Positions 12,291 through 24,949 of a stretch of DNA of 64,000 nucleotides are shown here, piece after piece. Position 1 is the first letter of the stretch. Every line of letters starts with the position of its first letter. Below the pieces are notes generated by a model, which saw nothing but the letters and a program-made list of their open reading frames with translations, searched no databases and was not told the DNA's origin. This stretch comes from Chiloscyllium plagiosum (taxonomy: Eukaryota), in contig NC_057720.1 of NCBI RefSeq assembly GCF_004010195.1, forward strand, positions 21,487,882 to 21,551,881. The letters run 5' to 3'. The position numbers and the translations under genes were made by a program.

Positions 12291-14215
12291 TCTGGCATAT
12301 GTAACATATTTGTTCCCTCACATGGTTTTCTGGAAAACATAGATTAGTATAAAACTCAAATGCAGCCGAGGAATTGGCCTCGATGCAGCACACTATAAGA
12401 GACAGGCTGGATTCATCACAGATCAACCTGGTATTTGAGACTAACTGATTAGCATACAGTACACTGAAATGAAACAGATGAATTACAACAGATCAAGGTG
12501 GCTCAGGAGATGTACGGGATACAGCACACATCAACAGACTGAACATAATAAGCCAATCGGTTAAAACCTTTGATTTATATTCTCAGTCCAATTGCTCATC
12601 ATTCCCTAAAATGGTGGGATCATGAAAGCTACAAAGAATATTCAGTACTCAACCAAAAGCTTTAAAAGCTCTGCTTTATTATCCATTCTGTGGCTGTGTT
12701 TCAGTATAAACGATGAATATCACAGGTCCTGATTAAAATGAGCTCATTGTAAATCTGAGTAGTGCTCTAAGAGATTCATTTTCTACAAAGTCTTACAGTG
12801 GCACCTTGGCAGCAGAAACAATAACTGATCCTAATTAGCGTGACTATGTGAACAACACAGAGTTGAAATATTCATTAATATGCTGTTCTTGATCACTGTT
12901 GTCTCATGAAAGAAATTGGAAACCCCCTGAGCGTTATACAGACTTTGATAAGCCGTTCTCTGTAGTGCCCATAATCAGTTACAGCTAAACAAAACTCTTT
13001 GTTAATTAAAATGCATTTTATTGGCAGCAGGCACATAGACATATCCAGGTTTTGAATCTGACTACCTGAAATGCATATATTATTAATCGCTAAAATCAAA
13101 TGAAATTAGAATGGGTGTTAATGTGGGCATGTTGGTGCTAAAGGGATCTTAGGTTTAACCTAATACAGAGTTCTTTTTTTATTATTAAATGTCTTTCTCC
13201 TTTGTCAACTGTCACTGTGCAGGGCAATTGTGCTGTACAATGGTTGCCTCCTTCTTAGCACACGACATGACAGCAATGTCATCATTCTTTCCCTCAGTGC
13301 ACATAATTACCTCACATATGGAAACCTGTGATAGCCTAAAGACATTGAGGAGAAAAGAGAACTGTACAATCTGTCCACCGGCAGGCTTAATCCACTGGCA
13401 AAAATGCCATTTGAAGAGCACTGCCTGGATTTCTTGTACACGGGAACAAGAAATTACAGGTCAGACAGCTCTTGTCACTGGGACTACACTTAAGTAAATA
13501 TCATCATTTTAATAGATTCTGGATAATTGTACAAGTAAATGCCCACAGAAGGCAGTTGACCTTAATTTCCTGCAGGACTGCCCTTCACATGCCCCCATTA
13601 GAAGATTTATTTTGGAAATGTTATCACTATGCAACTACAACCTTAGCAACCATACATAGTTATGTTTGTGAAATATTTGTGTCTCTGAAGATGCTTCCCA
13701 ATCAATGTTCCCTTCCCTCATTTTACACAAAAGGTGGTAATGAAAATCATGTGGTTTCTTTCAGGGTTTCATGTCGTTCAACCGCGTTTTTGATTACCTA
13801 TTTTAAAACCACCTGCCTGTAAGAGTTAGCCGTTTTATTATGTTCAGATTATAAACAAGTCACACTTTTTCCCGTTTATCTTTCTGCGGATGTGTTGTGG
13901 TCACGCCCTAATGTTGATCACATTTTCTGTTGAAACCGTGGAATTGAAATTTGCTTTACTGCATTCCTACAAAAAAAAAGAATCTGACTGGACAGCAGGA
14001 AAAATGTAAGAATGATTTTACCTAATTTACTGGATTGGATATACCTGCTGCAACAATCAAACCTCACATTAGGAATTAGTTACGTTTTCCCAATCAAAAC
14101 AAAGTCCAGTAAAATCGAAGACCCCAGTCTTGAATAGGAGCCAGTTAGCTCAGTTGGCTTGTGTTTCGTTCCGAATAAAGCCAACGGTGTCGTGATTGAT
14201 CCCTGTCTCCTCAAC

Positions 14216-14309
14216 CTGATGAAGGGCTTTTGCCCGAAATATCGATTTTTCTACTCCTCGGATGTTGCCTGACCTGCTGAGCTTTTCCAGCACCACACTA
14301 ATCTTGACT
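14216..14309 (+). mobile_element. Single-arm Penelope-terminus mini-element beginning at the hammerhead core
   Basis: ctgatgaagggcttttgcccgaaatatc; TSD ctgtctcctcaac 14203-14215 / ctgcctcctcaac 14310-14322 (12/13). Sits inside an old tRNA-like SINE head (~14138 onward). Confidence 0.85.
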
Positions 14310-14558
14310 CTGCCTCCTCAACGTGCCCTGTGATAAAATCAAGGCATGATGAGCAACCAGCAAACAATTAGCAGTGTTACCTTCAGTAGGAGAGGAGGCT
14401 GCATTGAGGGGAGTTTTATTTAATTGGCAAAATGAAAAAAAAGTTTCATTTCTCTTCTTTGCTGATGGTGCGCTATCAGATACTACCTGTATATTATAAA
14501 CTGTAGGCCTCTTGAAGGCACATATAATGGAAGTCTCTTTCATTCTGCATATTTTTGA

Positions 14559-14634
14559 GGGCGACATGGTGGCTCATTGGTTAGCACTGCTGCCTCACAA
14601 CACCAGGGACCTGATTCCAGCTTTGGGCAACTGT
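14559..14634 (+). mobile_element. HE1-type SINE 5' (tRNA-like) fragment
   Basis: gggcgacatggtggctcattggttagcactgctgcctcac matches the other HE1 heads in the window. Confidence 0.8.
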
Positions 14635-14893
14635 GGTCATCCTCCAACTCCCTTCCCAGCTCCTTTGTGACACTCTGCAGGCTGCAAGGTCTCACTGTTA
14701 GAATGAAGGGTGGTGCATTCCATGGTACCCATACCGAGAGTCTTACCAGCACAGCTTGTCTTTTAAACAGGAAATTGTAGAGACTCACCAAATATTATGA
14801 AATGAGTGTACACCCAAGGCTCAGTTTTAGATAAACAGTAAGGAATGAAGCATTAAAGTAAATTCACAAAACAATAGTAAGAAATAAGATACT

Positions 14894-15234
14894 CATAGAA
14901 ACCCTACTGTGCAGGGAGAGGCCATTCAGTCCATGCCAATTCTCCAAAGAGCAACCCACTACTCCCCACCCTATTCCTGTAACCCTGCACTGGCCAGGGC
15001 TAACCCCCCACCCAGCCTACACATTCCTGGACGTTATAAGGCTATTAACATGGCCAATCCACCTAATCTGTACATTTTTTAACTGTGGGAGGAAACCAGA
15101 GTATCTGGAGGAAAACTGTGCCGACATGGGGGTAATGTGCAAACTCCACACAGACAGTCACCCAAGGTGGGAATTGAACCTGGGTCCCTGGAGCTGTGAG
15201 GCAGCAGTGCCAACCACTGAGCCACCATGCCACC
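14894..15234 (-). mobile_element. HE1-type V-SINE
   Basis: Head, V-domain (gtgcaaactccacacagacagtc) and tail all present. Confidence 0.88.
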
Positions 15235-16179
15235 TCTTAGTGCTTCTCCTCCTTGTTTATTTGCAGACTATATTCTAATTTACCCCTTTTCTCATATCAC
15301 TGAAATGTGTGGGGTGCGGGGGGGGGGGGGGGGGGGGGTGCGATGGGGGACTGCGGAGGTGATGTGACACAAATAAAGAAGTTGCTGACCTCACCATTAC
15401 TTCATGGTGGTTAAAGAGTCAGGAGCCATTCTTAAATGAACACTTGGACAAGTAGCCGCACATGGCAAGCTGGCATTATCGTATTTTATCTCGGGGTTTA
15501 GAACTGCTACTGTGCCCTTCCCACCTGCAACACTTGGATCCCATGAGCTACAATCCATCTCCCTGAATCACTTTTGACTTTCCTGTCATCATCCTCAATC
15601 AGCTTCCACTACTTTAGCCCGGTCTCATGTGACCCTTGAGGAATGGACCGTTACTCTTGATTAAATGCCTGCCTCCCTACAGCTGCTCTCTATCACCAGG
15701 GAACTGCTAGCATCCTTGCCTACCAACCATTATCTATCACACTTGACCTACCCTCTTTTCTTTTTGCCAATCTGAACATTAACCAGCCCTCAATCACTCT
15801 TGATCACCACTCTATCTTGTTTGTGCTGCCTTCAGCGGGGATTAACCTTCCCTCATTTATTCATTCCCTTCCCCCGAGACCAGCTGCCACAACTTGGCCT
15901 CCCTTTCTTGGGCAACCATGCTCTAGCCCCTTTGGAATGCTACTACTTGAGCTCAAATCATCAGCTCAGCCTTTTCTCCCCCTGATGCAACCAAACTCCG
16001 TGTGCAAGAGAAACAGCTCCAACTAACTTCAGATCCATCAGGAAGACTACCTTTCTTGCTGTGTGCCAACCTTAAACAAATGTGAATCATTTGTGGCTCT
16101 TATAGACACTTAAGCACAATTTAATCTGATGGCATTTTAGTGAGAATGCATGACATACTAATGCATTAAATATAGGTTA

Positions 16180-17345
16180 CCACACTTATTGTTTGGCAAC
16201 ACAATCTGTCTTTAGTCATCGCCAATTTACTTCCCAATTTTCATCCTGTGCTCAGGAATCTGTCATTATGCCTCCAACATAGTTAGGCTCCCCTGCCCAC
16301 CTTGTTTCCTATTCCCAGGACCTTTACTTGATTCTGCCCTAAATAGTTACTTCACTTTTGGCCCTTTCAAACACTGCATCGAACTTGATCAAATCATGTT
16401 TACTGGTACATAAATGTTCTCACACCATTAGGCTGTTAGTTAAATCTGGCTCATTACTCATTGCTGTATCTAATGTCTGTGTTCTCTTCTTCCCTCTCAG
16501 GCAAATTGTTGTAGAAATCTAATCCAGACACCACTTCAGCAATTCAGGGCATTTCTGATATGTGCTCGATGGTCCATTCGATCTAAGTAAAAGTTAAATG
16601 CCTAACTAAATCCACACTCTCTGCTCTGTGCTTGTGTAATCTTTTCAGTTCCCTTTCCTTTGCATTGGAGACAATACTTGCTCCTAAATTTACTGATGTA
16701 CCTGTGACTTCTCCGTTTATCCTTTCCAAGAGGACCCCATCCAACTGGTTTAGTTGGAGTCCATTCCAATGGTAGACTTCCTTCCAGTTCCAGTATTTGT
16801 GCTTGTGTCCTAGTAATTGGAATGCTATCTTTCCCACACTGTTCCTTTTGTCCACGAGTTTACCTCTTAAATTAGCCTATCCGTGGGCCAATTTGTGTGC
16901 AGCCTTAACAGTCTACAGTTGAGGACAATCCACTCTTCAGGTCCACTCCTAGATCCTGATACTGTCCAAACATTGTCAGCTTGCTGTTCCTAAAGCTGTT
17001 TGTCCTAACAGGGATCATAAATATAGAATCCTCTGCCCCAAACTGATTCACAATGCCCACTACACTGGAATCAGATAAGCAACATATGGAACATTTAATT
17101 CTGCTTATAGGGATCGGAATTTCCAACAATTATCACAGTATTCTACCCCATTCTCTTCATCCTGCTCCTCCCATTCATACTCTCAGCTCACCCCACCTCC
17201 CAGCCCCGGCCCCGCTCACCCAACCCCAACCTTTGGATATCTTCTATTCCAAAGTCTGCATGACACATTCTCTCTGTCCTTTTTGACAGTTGCTATCTTT
17301 ATCCTCATAGGTAGCATCAACATTGCACCTGTTGGATCAGAGTGA
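16180..17345 (-). mobile_element. Old CR1 5' region (ORF1 esterase-like segment, probably into the APE endonuclease), heavily decayed
   Basis: Minus ORF 16583-16855 contains LLGHKHKYWNWKEVYHWNGLQLNQ, resembling the DGLHLN block of CR1 ORF1 SGNH esterases. Confidence 0.55.
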
Positions 17346-17945
17346 TGTACCTTCATTCTCTGTGAAATTATGAGAGGCATGGATAGGGTGCATAATCAAA
17401 GTCTTTTTCCCAAAATGGACCTGTTAAATACTGACAGGAATAGACTTAAGGTGAGAGGGAAAAAGGTTTAAAGTGATGGGCGAGGCTGTTTCTGTGCTGA
17501 ACTGTTCTATGTTCTACGTTCCATTCACAGCTGCTGTCAAAATGAAAGGAAATGCAAATCAAAATTGGCCTTGTTTCACTCTCAGTTGCTACAAAAACTG
17601 TGAAATCACTACAGAAGTATATTTTCTAGGAACTTAAACAAGTAAGAATAGCAACCCTGCTATCAGTGTTGAGGTAAGAGTGCTACAGATTGTATTACAG
17701 CCTTGGTCTCATTGAGAAGCAGAAAAGCTAGATAGAAAGATATTACAGGTTTTGAAGACACACTTAAAACCCTATATTGATGTCACTTTTTAAGGTTTGG
17801 TGGGGAAGGAAGGGTCCTCTCCTTTCTTAACAGCTTTCAGTCTATTTAAAAAAAGTATTTTAGCATGTAGATACCATACTTCAATTAAACTTAGTTAACC
17901 AGATCAAAATGAAGAAGAGCCAATTCCAAGATTTTCTTCAATGGT

Positions 17946-18581
17946 TGGAGAAAGTGAGGATTGCAACTGCTGGAGAGTCTGAGTCAAAAAGTGTGGTGCT
18001 GGAAAGGCACAGCAGGTCAGGCAGCATCCGAGGAGCAGGAGAGTCGACATTTTGAACATAAGCCCTTCGTCAGGAATGTGGATGGGGAAGGGGACTGAGA
18101 GCTAAATAAGGGGTGGGTACGATGGTGGGGTTGGGCATAAGGAAGGTGGGATGGCGATAGATGGATGTAGGTGGGGGGGTGATTGTGATAGGTCGGATGG
18201 GAGGGTGGAGCAGAAATGTGGGAAGAAGAATGGATAGTTAGGACAGTTCAAGAGGGCGGTGCCAAGTTGTAGGGTTGGATCTCGGATGAGGTGGGGGGAG
18301 GGGAGTTGAGGAAACTGGTGAAGTCGACGTTGATACTATGTGGTAGGAGGGCCCCAAGGCGGAAGATAAGGTGGTCTTCCTCCAGGTGGCAGGTGGCTTT
18401 GGTTTGGTGGTGGGGAAGGCCCAGGTCCTTGGGAGAGTGGGAGCGGGAGTTGAAGTGATTATCTCTCAGCCCTTCCCCCTCCACATTCTTGATGAAAGGC
18501 TTATGCCTGAAATGTCAATTCTCCTGCTTCTTGGATGCTGCCTAACCTGCTGTGCGTTTCTAGCACCACACTTTTCCACTA
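17946..18581 (-). mobile_element. 5'-truncated Penelope-like element with GIY-YIG C-terminus and an inverted terminal copy
   Basis: Minus ORF 18248-18484 (HFNSRSHSPKD...LEEDHLIFRLGALLPHSINVDF); 3' terminus at 17946-18077; inverted arm ~18461-18581; TSD ttcttcaatggt 17934-17945 / ttcttgaatggt 18582-18593. Confidence 0.88.
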
Positions 18582-18816
18582 TTCTTGAATGGTATTTAAT
18601 TACTTAATATTCCAGGAAAATAGGAAAATGTGACACACAAATACAGGGAGTGTGCAAATAAAAGAAGGTGGGGTGAGAAATATATAATACAGATATGAAA
18701 GATAAAGGCAGCTGGACTTTCTAGATTTTTAGAGTCTTGGGTTTTACACGCTTAAGTCAGAGTCTCAACTATTTAGCAATTGTCCTGTTTCCTTAACAGT
18801 GTAAAGTCTTCTTGTA

Positions 18817-19246
18817 TTATTCATTCACAGGATGTGTGCACCACTGGCTAGGCCAGAATTTATTGCACATCCCTATTTACCCAGTTAAGAGTCAATCATA
18901 AAGCTATGGGTCTGGAGCCAGACTGGATAAGGACAGCAGCTTAAAAATGTGTTGCTGGAAAAGCGCAGCAGGTCAGGTAGCATCAAAGGAACAGGAGAAT
19001 CAACGTTTCAGGCATAAGCCCTGCTTCAGGAATTAGTTTACTTCCCTGAAGATATCAGTGAATCATGCGGGTTTTCCCAACAATTAACAGTGATTTCATG
19101 GTCATTATTGGTCTCTTAACTCCGGACTTTTATTGAATTCAACTTCCACCCTTTACCATGGAAGGTTTGAAACCCAGGTCTCCAGAGTATTACTTTGGTC
19201 TCTGGATTCATTGTCTAGCAATAACACCACTGTGCCAACAGCTCCC
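18817..19246 (-). mobile_element. tRNA-headed SINE of a second family (not HE1), interrupted at ~18943-19032
   Basis: Colinear with the copies at 42120-42716 and 45754-46109; 3' tail shared with the LINE at 22925. Confidence 0.8.
18943..19032 (-). mobile_element. Single-arm Penelope-terminus fragment with decayed hammerhead
   Basis: Minus strand attcctgaagcagggcttatgcctgaaacgttgattctcctg..., nearly identical to 62759-62855. Confidence 0.8.
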
Positions 19247-19457
19247 TGATTCACAAATACCTTTAGTTTCTCAGTCAATTCTGGCTTTTCCAAGTTCTTT
19301 TTTCATCACATTGCTTTGCTGAGATCAAAACTGAGAGAGAAGAGTTTCCTTATGGTTATCAATCCATGTTGTTTTCACTCTCTGGTTTGTGTTCAGGCAA
19401 GGAGAGATATCAGGTGATGGTTCTAATGAATGTCATCAGGTTGTCGTGGTGGTGTTT

Positions 19458-19539
19458 GTCTGGCAGTCTGAATCGTTAAGGTGATGGATTTGAAATCCAT
19501 TTGTGTTGCCCTGCGTAGGTTTGAATCCTGCTGACTATG
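19458..19539 (+). pseudogene. tRNA-Ser(TGA) pseudogene
   Basis: gttaaggtgatggatttgaaatccatt...ctgcgtaggtttgaatcctgctgactatg follows vertebrate tRNA-Ser (anticodon stem ATGGA/TCCAT, long variable arm, T-arm); the 5' acceptor/D region is degenerate. Confidence 0.8.
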
Positions 19540-19544
19540 TTTCT

Positions 19545-19886
19545 GGGGACAGCACGGTGGTTCAGTGGTTAGCACTGCTGCTTCACATCACCAGGGGCCT
19601 GAGTTTGGGTCACAGCCTTGGGCTGTGTGGAGTTTGCACATTCTCTCCATGTCTGCGTGGGTTTCCTCTGGGTGCTAGGTTTCCTTCAACAATCTAAAGA
19701 TGTGCAGGTAAGGTGAATTGGCCTGGCTAAATTGTCATAGTGTTCAAGGACATGTAGGTGTATTAGTTAGGGGTAAATATAGGATACTAGGGTAGGGGAA
19801 TGGGTCGAGGTGGATTACTCTTCGGAGGGTAGGTGTGGAAATGTTGGGTTGAAGGGCCTGTTTCCACACTGTAGGGATTCTATGAT
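19545..19886 (+). mobile_element. HE1-type V-SINE
   Basis: ggggacagcacggtggttcagtggttagc...gtgtggagtttgcacattctc...gaagggcctgtttccacactgtagggattctatga. Confidence 0.9.
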
Positions 19887-20199
19887 TAGGTTTAAAGGTG
19901 CTAAATAGTTTGTGATTGTTTGAATGATGACAGGGTCCAGTGAATGTGAGGTTTCAGATAGTGCTTCATATCAAATCATAGATTTTACACAATGGTAATG
20001 ACACAAAAATGAATCCATCACAGGTAAGGTTCAGGCTATGTGATGAAATCATGTCACGAGGAAAAATTAAACTGAGAGTCCAATGCAATGGGAAACATGA
20101 AGTTCTGAAAATCCAGATAGTAGACATGAAGCAACAACCATTCACTTCAGCTGACACAACATCACAAAATGTGTGAATGTGTGAAACCAAAGAGATATT

Positions 20200-21182
20200 T
20201 CCTAAGAGGATTTCCAGCTGTCCTCAAGCCTAACCTGGAAGAGAAGAGAGAGCTTGGAAAAGAAGGAAATAATCAAGGAAGTAACAGAGTGGATTAGCAG
20301 CATGGGTGCAATGTGAAGTCCTGGAAAACTGAGAGTGTATATTGTTATGGACCAAACCAAACCCCCTGAAAACATATCAAGGAGATAGTTTAGACATTAC
20401 TTTTTTAAAAATTTTATTTAAAGGTAAGTGGAAGGTTCTGGGTTCAAATGTGATTCAATTGGTCCACTACTATACTTTATGCAAAACACACTTTCTTCTG
20501 ACAAGACAGTTAAAATACAAGCAGAAAAAGTAGAATTGGCATAACTTTAACTCTATTGAAATACTGAACAAAATAATATATTATTTAACTACAAATCACA
20601 AACTGTTTCAATTTAGATTTTCCCATAAACATACCTTGTCAAAGGCCAGTTGAGCAAAACAGATTTTCATTGTGTACTATCTCCTCTCCAGTCCAGGAGA
20701 AGGCAACACAGAAAGAAATAGTCCAGCAGCAGAGAGAGAACTCAAGCTTTTTTTAAAGCTGCAGCAGAGAGAGAGATGTATCTATCAGCTTCAAAGCCAA
20801 CTGCAAACTTCGACTGAAATCAAAACTAAAACCCTGGGTCTGTGTGAGCATGAATTCACCCACTCATGGTTCTTTTGTCTTACTTTAACAAAACACTTTG
20901 GGAGCTCAAAGCTTTTTACCAATTGCTTCGGAAGCAGACATATTGGCACCATGGTGTCAACCCACCTCTTCAAGAGAAACTTAAAGGCACCATATCATGA
21001 CAGCATAGATGAAGTTTTGAAGAGACCTCACTACCCCATGTCAACCATTGAAGAAATTTTGTCAAAACTTGCCAAGACAAAGATCTTTTTACTACCCTTG
21101 AAGCAAAAAAGATAGTTATTAGAAAGTGAAACTGAAGGTAAGCAGCAGTTTTCTAATGACATTCTGATTGACATTTGGGAGG
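20200..21182 (+). mobile_element. Gypsy-type pol (RT N-terminal) remnant, split by a solo-LTR-like insert
   Basis: IIKEVTEWISSMGAM*SPGKLRVYI before 20343; DEVLKRPHYPMSTIEEILSKLAKTKIF after 21002. Confidence 0.75.
20343..21002. mobile_element. Probable solo LTR
   Basis: 660-bp non-coding block bounded by TGTTATG...CATGACA (TG..CA with a short imperfect inverted repeat), interrupting the RT motif LRVYI|D. TSD is unclear (atat/gcat). Confidence 0.6.
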
Positions 21183-21747
21183 GACGGAAGAGAATCTAGT
21201 GGACAGCGCAAAACTGTCAGCGATCTTCCTGGAATGGACTTATTGTGGATAATCTGCTCCTTTATGAATGTGGACAAATAAAAGAAGAAGCCACTTCTTC
21301 AGAATCAGGTGTCCCTGCTCCAGAGAGGTCACCAAATGACCCTGAAGGTGAACAGGAAACAGATGTAACTGAAGAAGCCTGAAATCATGCACTGACAGTG
21401 AAGGGATTTTGCCTGGATCCTGACAAGCTGAGAGCAACAATGTTGGATTCATAAACAATTCAGCAAAGCGCTTGCCTAATTTGTAATGAGTGTGAATTTC
21501 CGCAGAAGGTCGCTGCTAAGGACATAGGGATACCCTTCTCAAACCAATAGGCTTGCTAAGATATGGTGATACCACCTCATTAACTACCTAGCCTGCCCCA
21601 GTTGCTGTCCCTTACATCCAATTCTAAACCCATTTTGCCATCCATCATTCCTGGAGGAACCTGCTGGGGATCCTCTGAAAGACCCACATGGTGTCTGCAT
21701 TATATTCAAACTACTGTGCACTCGATTGATTACTGGTATTCTGAAGC

Positions 21748-22268
21748 TGCCCCACATCTCAGGAAGGACATACAGGCACTGGAGCGTGTCCAGCGGAGAT
21801 TCACAAGGATGATCCCTGGAATGGCCTAACATATGATGAATGGCTGAGGATCATGGGTTTGTATTCATTAGAGTTTAGAAGGTTGAGGGGAGATCAAATA
21901 TAAACTTACAAGATAATGCATGGCTTAGAAAGGGTGGACACTAAGAAGTTGTTTCTGTTAGGTGAGGAGACTAGGACCCATGGGCACAGCCTTAAAATTG
22001 GAGAGGGGTCAATTTAGAACGGAAATGAGGAGACATTTCTTCAGCCAGAGAGTGGTGGGCCTATGGAATTCAATGCCACGGAGTGGAGTGGAGGCTGGGA
22101 CATTAAATGTCTTCAAGGCAGAGATTGATACATTCTTGATCTTGCAAGGAATTAAGGGCTACAGAGAGAGTGCTGTTAAGTGGAATTGAAACACCCATCA
22201 GCCATGATTAAATGGTGGAGTGGACTCTATGGGCCAAATGGCCTGGTTTCCACTCCTATGTCTTATAG
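21748..22268 (+). mobile_element. CR1 3' fragment
   Basis: APHLRKDIQALERVQRRFTRMIPG; FRTEMRRHFFSQRVVGLWN; CR1-type 3' UTR. Confidence 0.92.
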
Positions 22269-22289
22269 TCTGTCTTATGCTCAATGATG

Positions 22290-22900
22290 TGAAAATGTTG
22301 GAAAAGGAGAAGATGTCCCAGTGGTTCTCCAAAAGAGACATGGAGATCCTGATGATCGTATGGTGCAAATGAAGGGTATCCTCTTCTGGAGGATTGGCAC
22401 AATAGGCCATGCCAATAGACCCAGGCAGCTATGGTCATCAACCAGGTTAGTATGATGCAGAGGAATGGCCAGCAATATTGCAAGGAGATGAATGACCTTC
22501 CTCTGCTCCATGAATGTAGGTGTTAACATCTTCTGTCTTCTACCTCACATTCATTCTATCTCTGCTACAGCACAAACCTCTCACCAAGACTCTTGTTCTA
22601 TCACTCTTACTATTGCTTGCAACATTTCTGCTCCCTCGCTCTCATTTCATTCCAACCTTACACACCACTAACCCTACATAACCTCTGCACTGCCTCTTCA
22701 CTTCTACAGGAGACCTCACCCCATTTCCCTCTGCCCTCTTCCAGCAATAATAGCTGTGTTGTCCAATCGATCCATCCCTTTCTCTCACTCCAAGGGAAGA
22801 CAGATCACAATGGGGCAGAAAGGGCTCGAATAGCTGGAAGGATGCCAAGCATTAGACTTCTTTGATGACAGAATCTTATACTTTGCAGGAGAATACTGAA
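22290..22900 (+). pseudogene. Decayed Myb/SANT-like (trihelix) coding remnant of the type carried by Harbinger transposons
   Basis: Frameshifted blocks KMSQWFSKRDMEIL / DRMVQMKGILF, MQRNGQQYCKEMNDL, then after a pyrimidine-rich spacer GKTDHNGAERARIAGRMPSIRLL. Confidence 0.45.
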
Positions 22901-22924
22901 TTGTAACATCCATGTTTCAGTAAC

Positions 22925-23462
22925 TTTTTAATTAGTCACTCATGGGATATGGGTATCACTGATTGAGCCAGCATTTGTTGTCTATCCCTCGTTCCCCTTG
23001 AGGAGGTGGTGGCTGCCTTCTTGAACCACTGCAGCCCTTGGTCACAAGGTCAACTGGAAATGAATTGGAAGATATTGACCCAAAGACACTGAAGAATAAT
23101 GATATATTTCCAAGTCAGGATGGTGGATACTTGGAGGGGAATTTGCAGGTGGTGGTGTACCCATGGATCTTTTGCTCTTGCCCTTCTGGATGGAAGTGGT
23201 CATGGGTTTAGAAGATACTGTCTAAGAAGATTTGGTGAATTTCTGCATTTCATCCTGTAGATGATACACACTGTAGCAGCTGAGTGTCAGTTGTGGTGGG
23301 AATGGATGTTTGTGGATGTGTTGCTAATCAAGCAGGTTGCTTTGTCTTGGATAGTGCCAAGTTTCTTGAATGTTGTTGGAGCTGCACCCATCCAGGCAAG
23401 TAGGGAGTATTCCATCACACTCCTGACTTGTGCCTTGTTGATATTGGTCAGGCTCTGGGGAG
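22925..23462 (-). mobile_element. 3' portion of a CR1/L2-group LINE
   Basis: Begins with the catgggatatgggtatcactg...ccagcatttg tail shared with the second SINE family; also matches 11975-12290 and 63268-63375. Confidence 0.75.
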
Positions 23463-23704
23463 TTGGCCAAGCATGCCTTGTCAGAGGGGGACAAAGGCAG
23501 TAATCAAGTATTCCAGATTTAAATCAAACACCACATTGTGCTGAAAAAGAATTCAAATGTTCAATTCTCTCAAAAAACGTCAGGCTGCCTGGCAACTAGG
23601 GACCCGTTGAGCAAATGTTGTCTTGATTTGTAAGCGGTGAACATGAACAACCAGGCAATTTACCATAACCGCAGATATCTCGTACTGCATTTCTTTCGTT
23701 GTCA

Positions 23705-24297
23705 GTTGCTGTTTGGAGTACTGTGTACAGTTCTGGCCACACTGCAGCAGGAAGGATATTATTAAATTTGAGAGGGCTCAGAAAAGGTTAACCGGGACTG
23801 GAGGGTTTGAGTTATGAAAATAGGCTGGGACTTGCTTCGCTGGAACGTAGGAGGTTGAGGGGTGACCTAATAGAGGGTTATAAAATCATAAGTGGCATAG
23901 ATGAGGTGAATGGCAGGTGTCTGTTCCCTAGAGTGAAGGAGTTCAAAATTAGGGGATATGATTTTAAGATGAGAGGAGAAAGATTTAAAAGGCACCTGAG
24001 GGGCAACTTCTTCACACAGAGAGTGGGTCCTGTGTGGAACGAACTGCAATAAAAAGTGATAGATGCAGGTACGGTTATAAGATTTAAAAGATATTTGTAG
24101 AATGAACTGCCCGTGAAAGTGGTCAATGCAGGTATGGTTTGAACATTTAAGAAACATTGGATAGGTACATGAATAGGAAAGATGTACACGGATATGGGCC
24201 AAACACAGACAAGTTGGACTAGTTGAGCTTGGGAAACTTAGTCAGCATGGAAAAGTTGGGCAAAAGGGTTGGTTTCCATGCTGTATGACCCTATGAT
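23705..24297 (+). mobile_element. CR1 3' fragment with an internal 63-bp duplication
   Basis: LERRRLRGDLIEGYKII...GNFFTQRV; tail gctgtatgaccctatga. Confidence 0.9.
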
Positions 24298-24949
24298 CTC
24301 ACTACCAGCACGGAGTACAGAACAGCCATCAGTTTGAAAGATTCACAGTTCCCCAGCAATGGAAGTAGATGAGCAACATCACTTACCACATCAAAAGCAT
24401 TCACCATGGAAACAATGTTCACTGGAGAAGGAATATTACCCTAGAAATGAGCATACACCGGGTAAGCAGCCATCTTTCTAATGTGTACCATTAGAAGATC
24501 TGCACAGGTTAAAGTCTATGTATGCAATGTATGAGTAGATACTGATGCAAGTGGAACTGACTACAGTTAACACACAGAAACAATTCACTCATGAGCAGAA
24601 CTATATGACTATTTATATTGGGAAGTTTGGATAATTTATAACTCCAAATGTATGTGAATGCATTTTGTTTTATTAAAAGCGTAACGTTTGGAGAAATTTA
24701 ATTGCACTTACTCTACTGGCTGGCTTGCCATAGTCATGTGACCTTTACCTCTGTCGTGTCTTTGTGTGCAGTGTGTATGGACACACATCATTTGTAGTTT
24801 TAACTTGCACTAAGCATTAAAACACTGAAAAAGAGTCTAAATACTACCTGAAGCTTACGTGAACTTGAGGCAAAATGTAGCACTGCCTCAATGGAATTCC
24901 TACTCCAGTGCTTCCCAAATCTTTCACTCAACTTATACAAATGTTGCTT

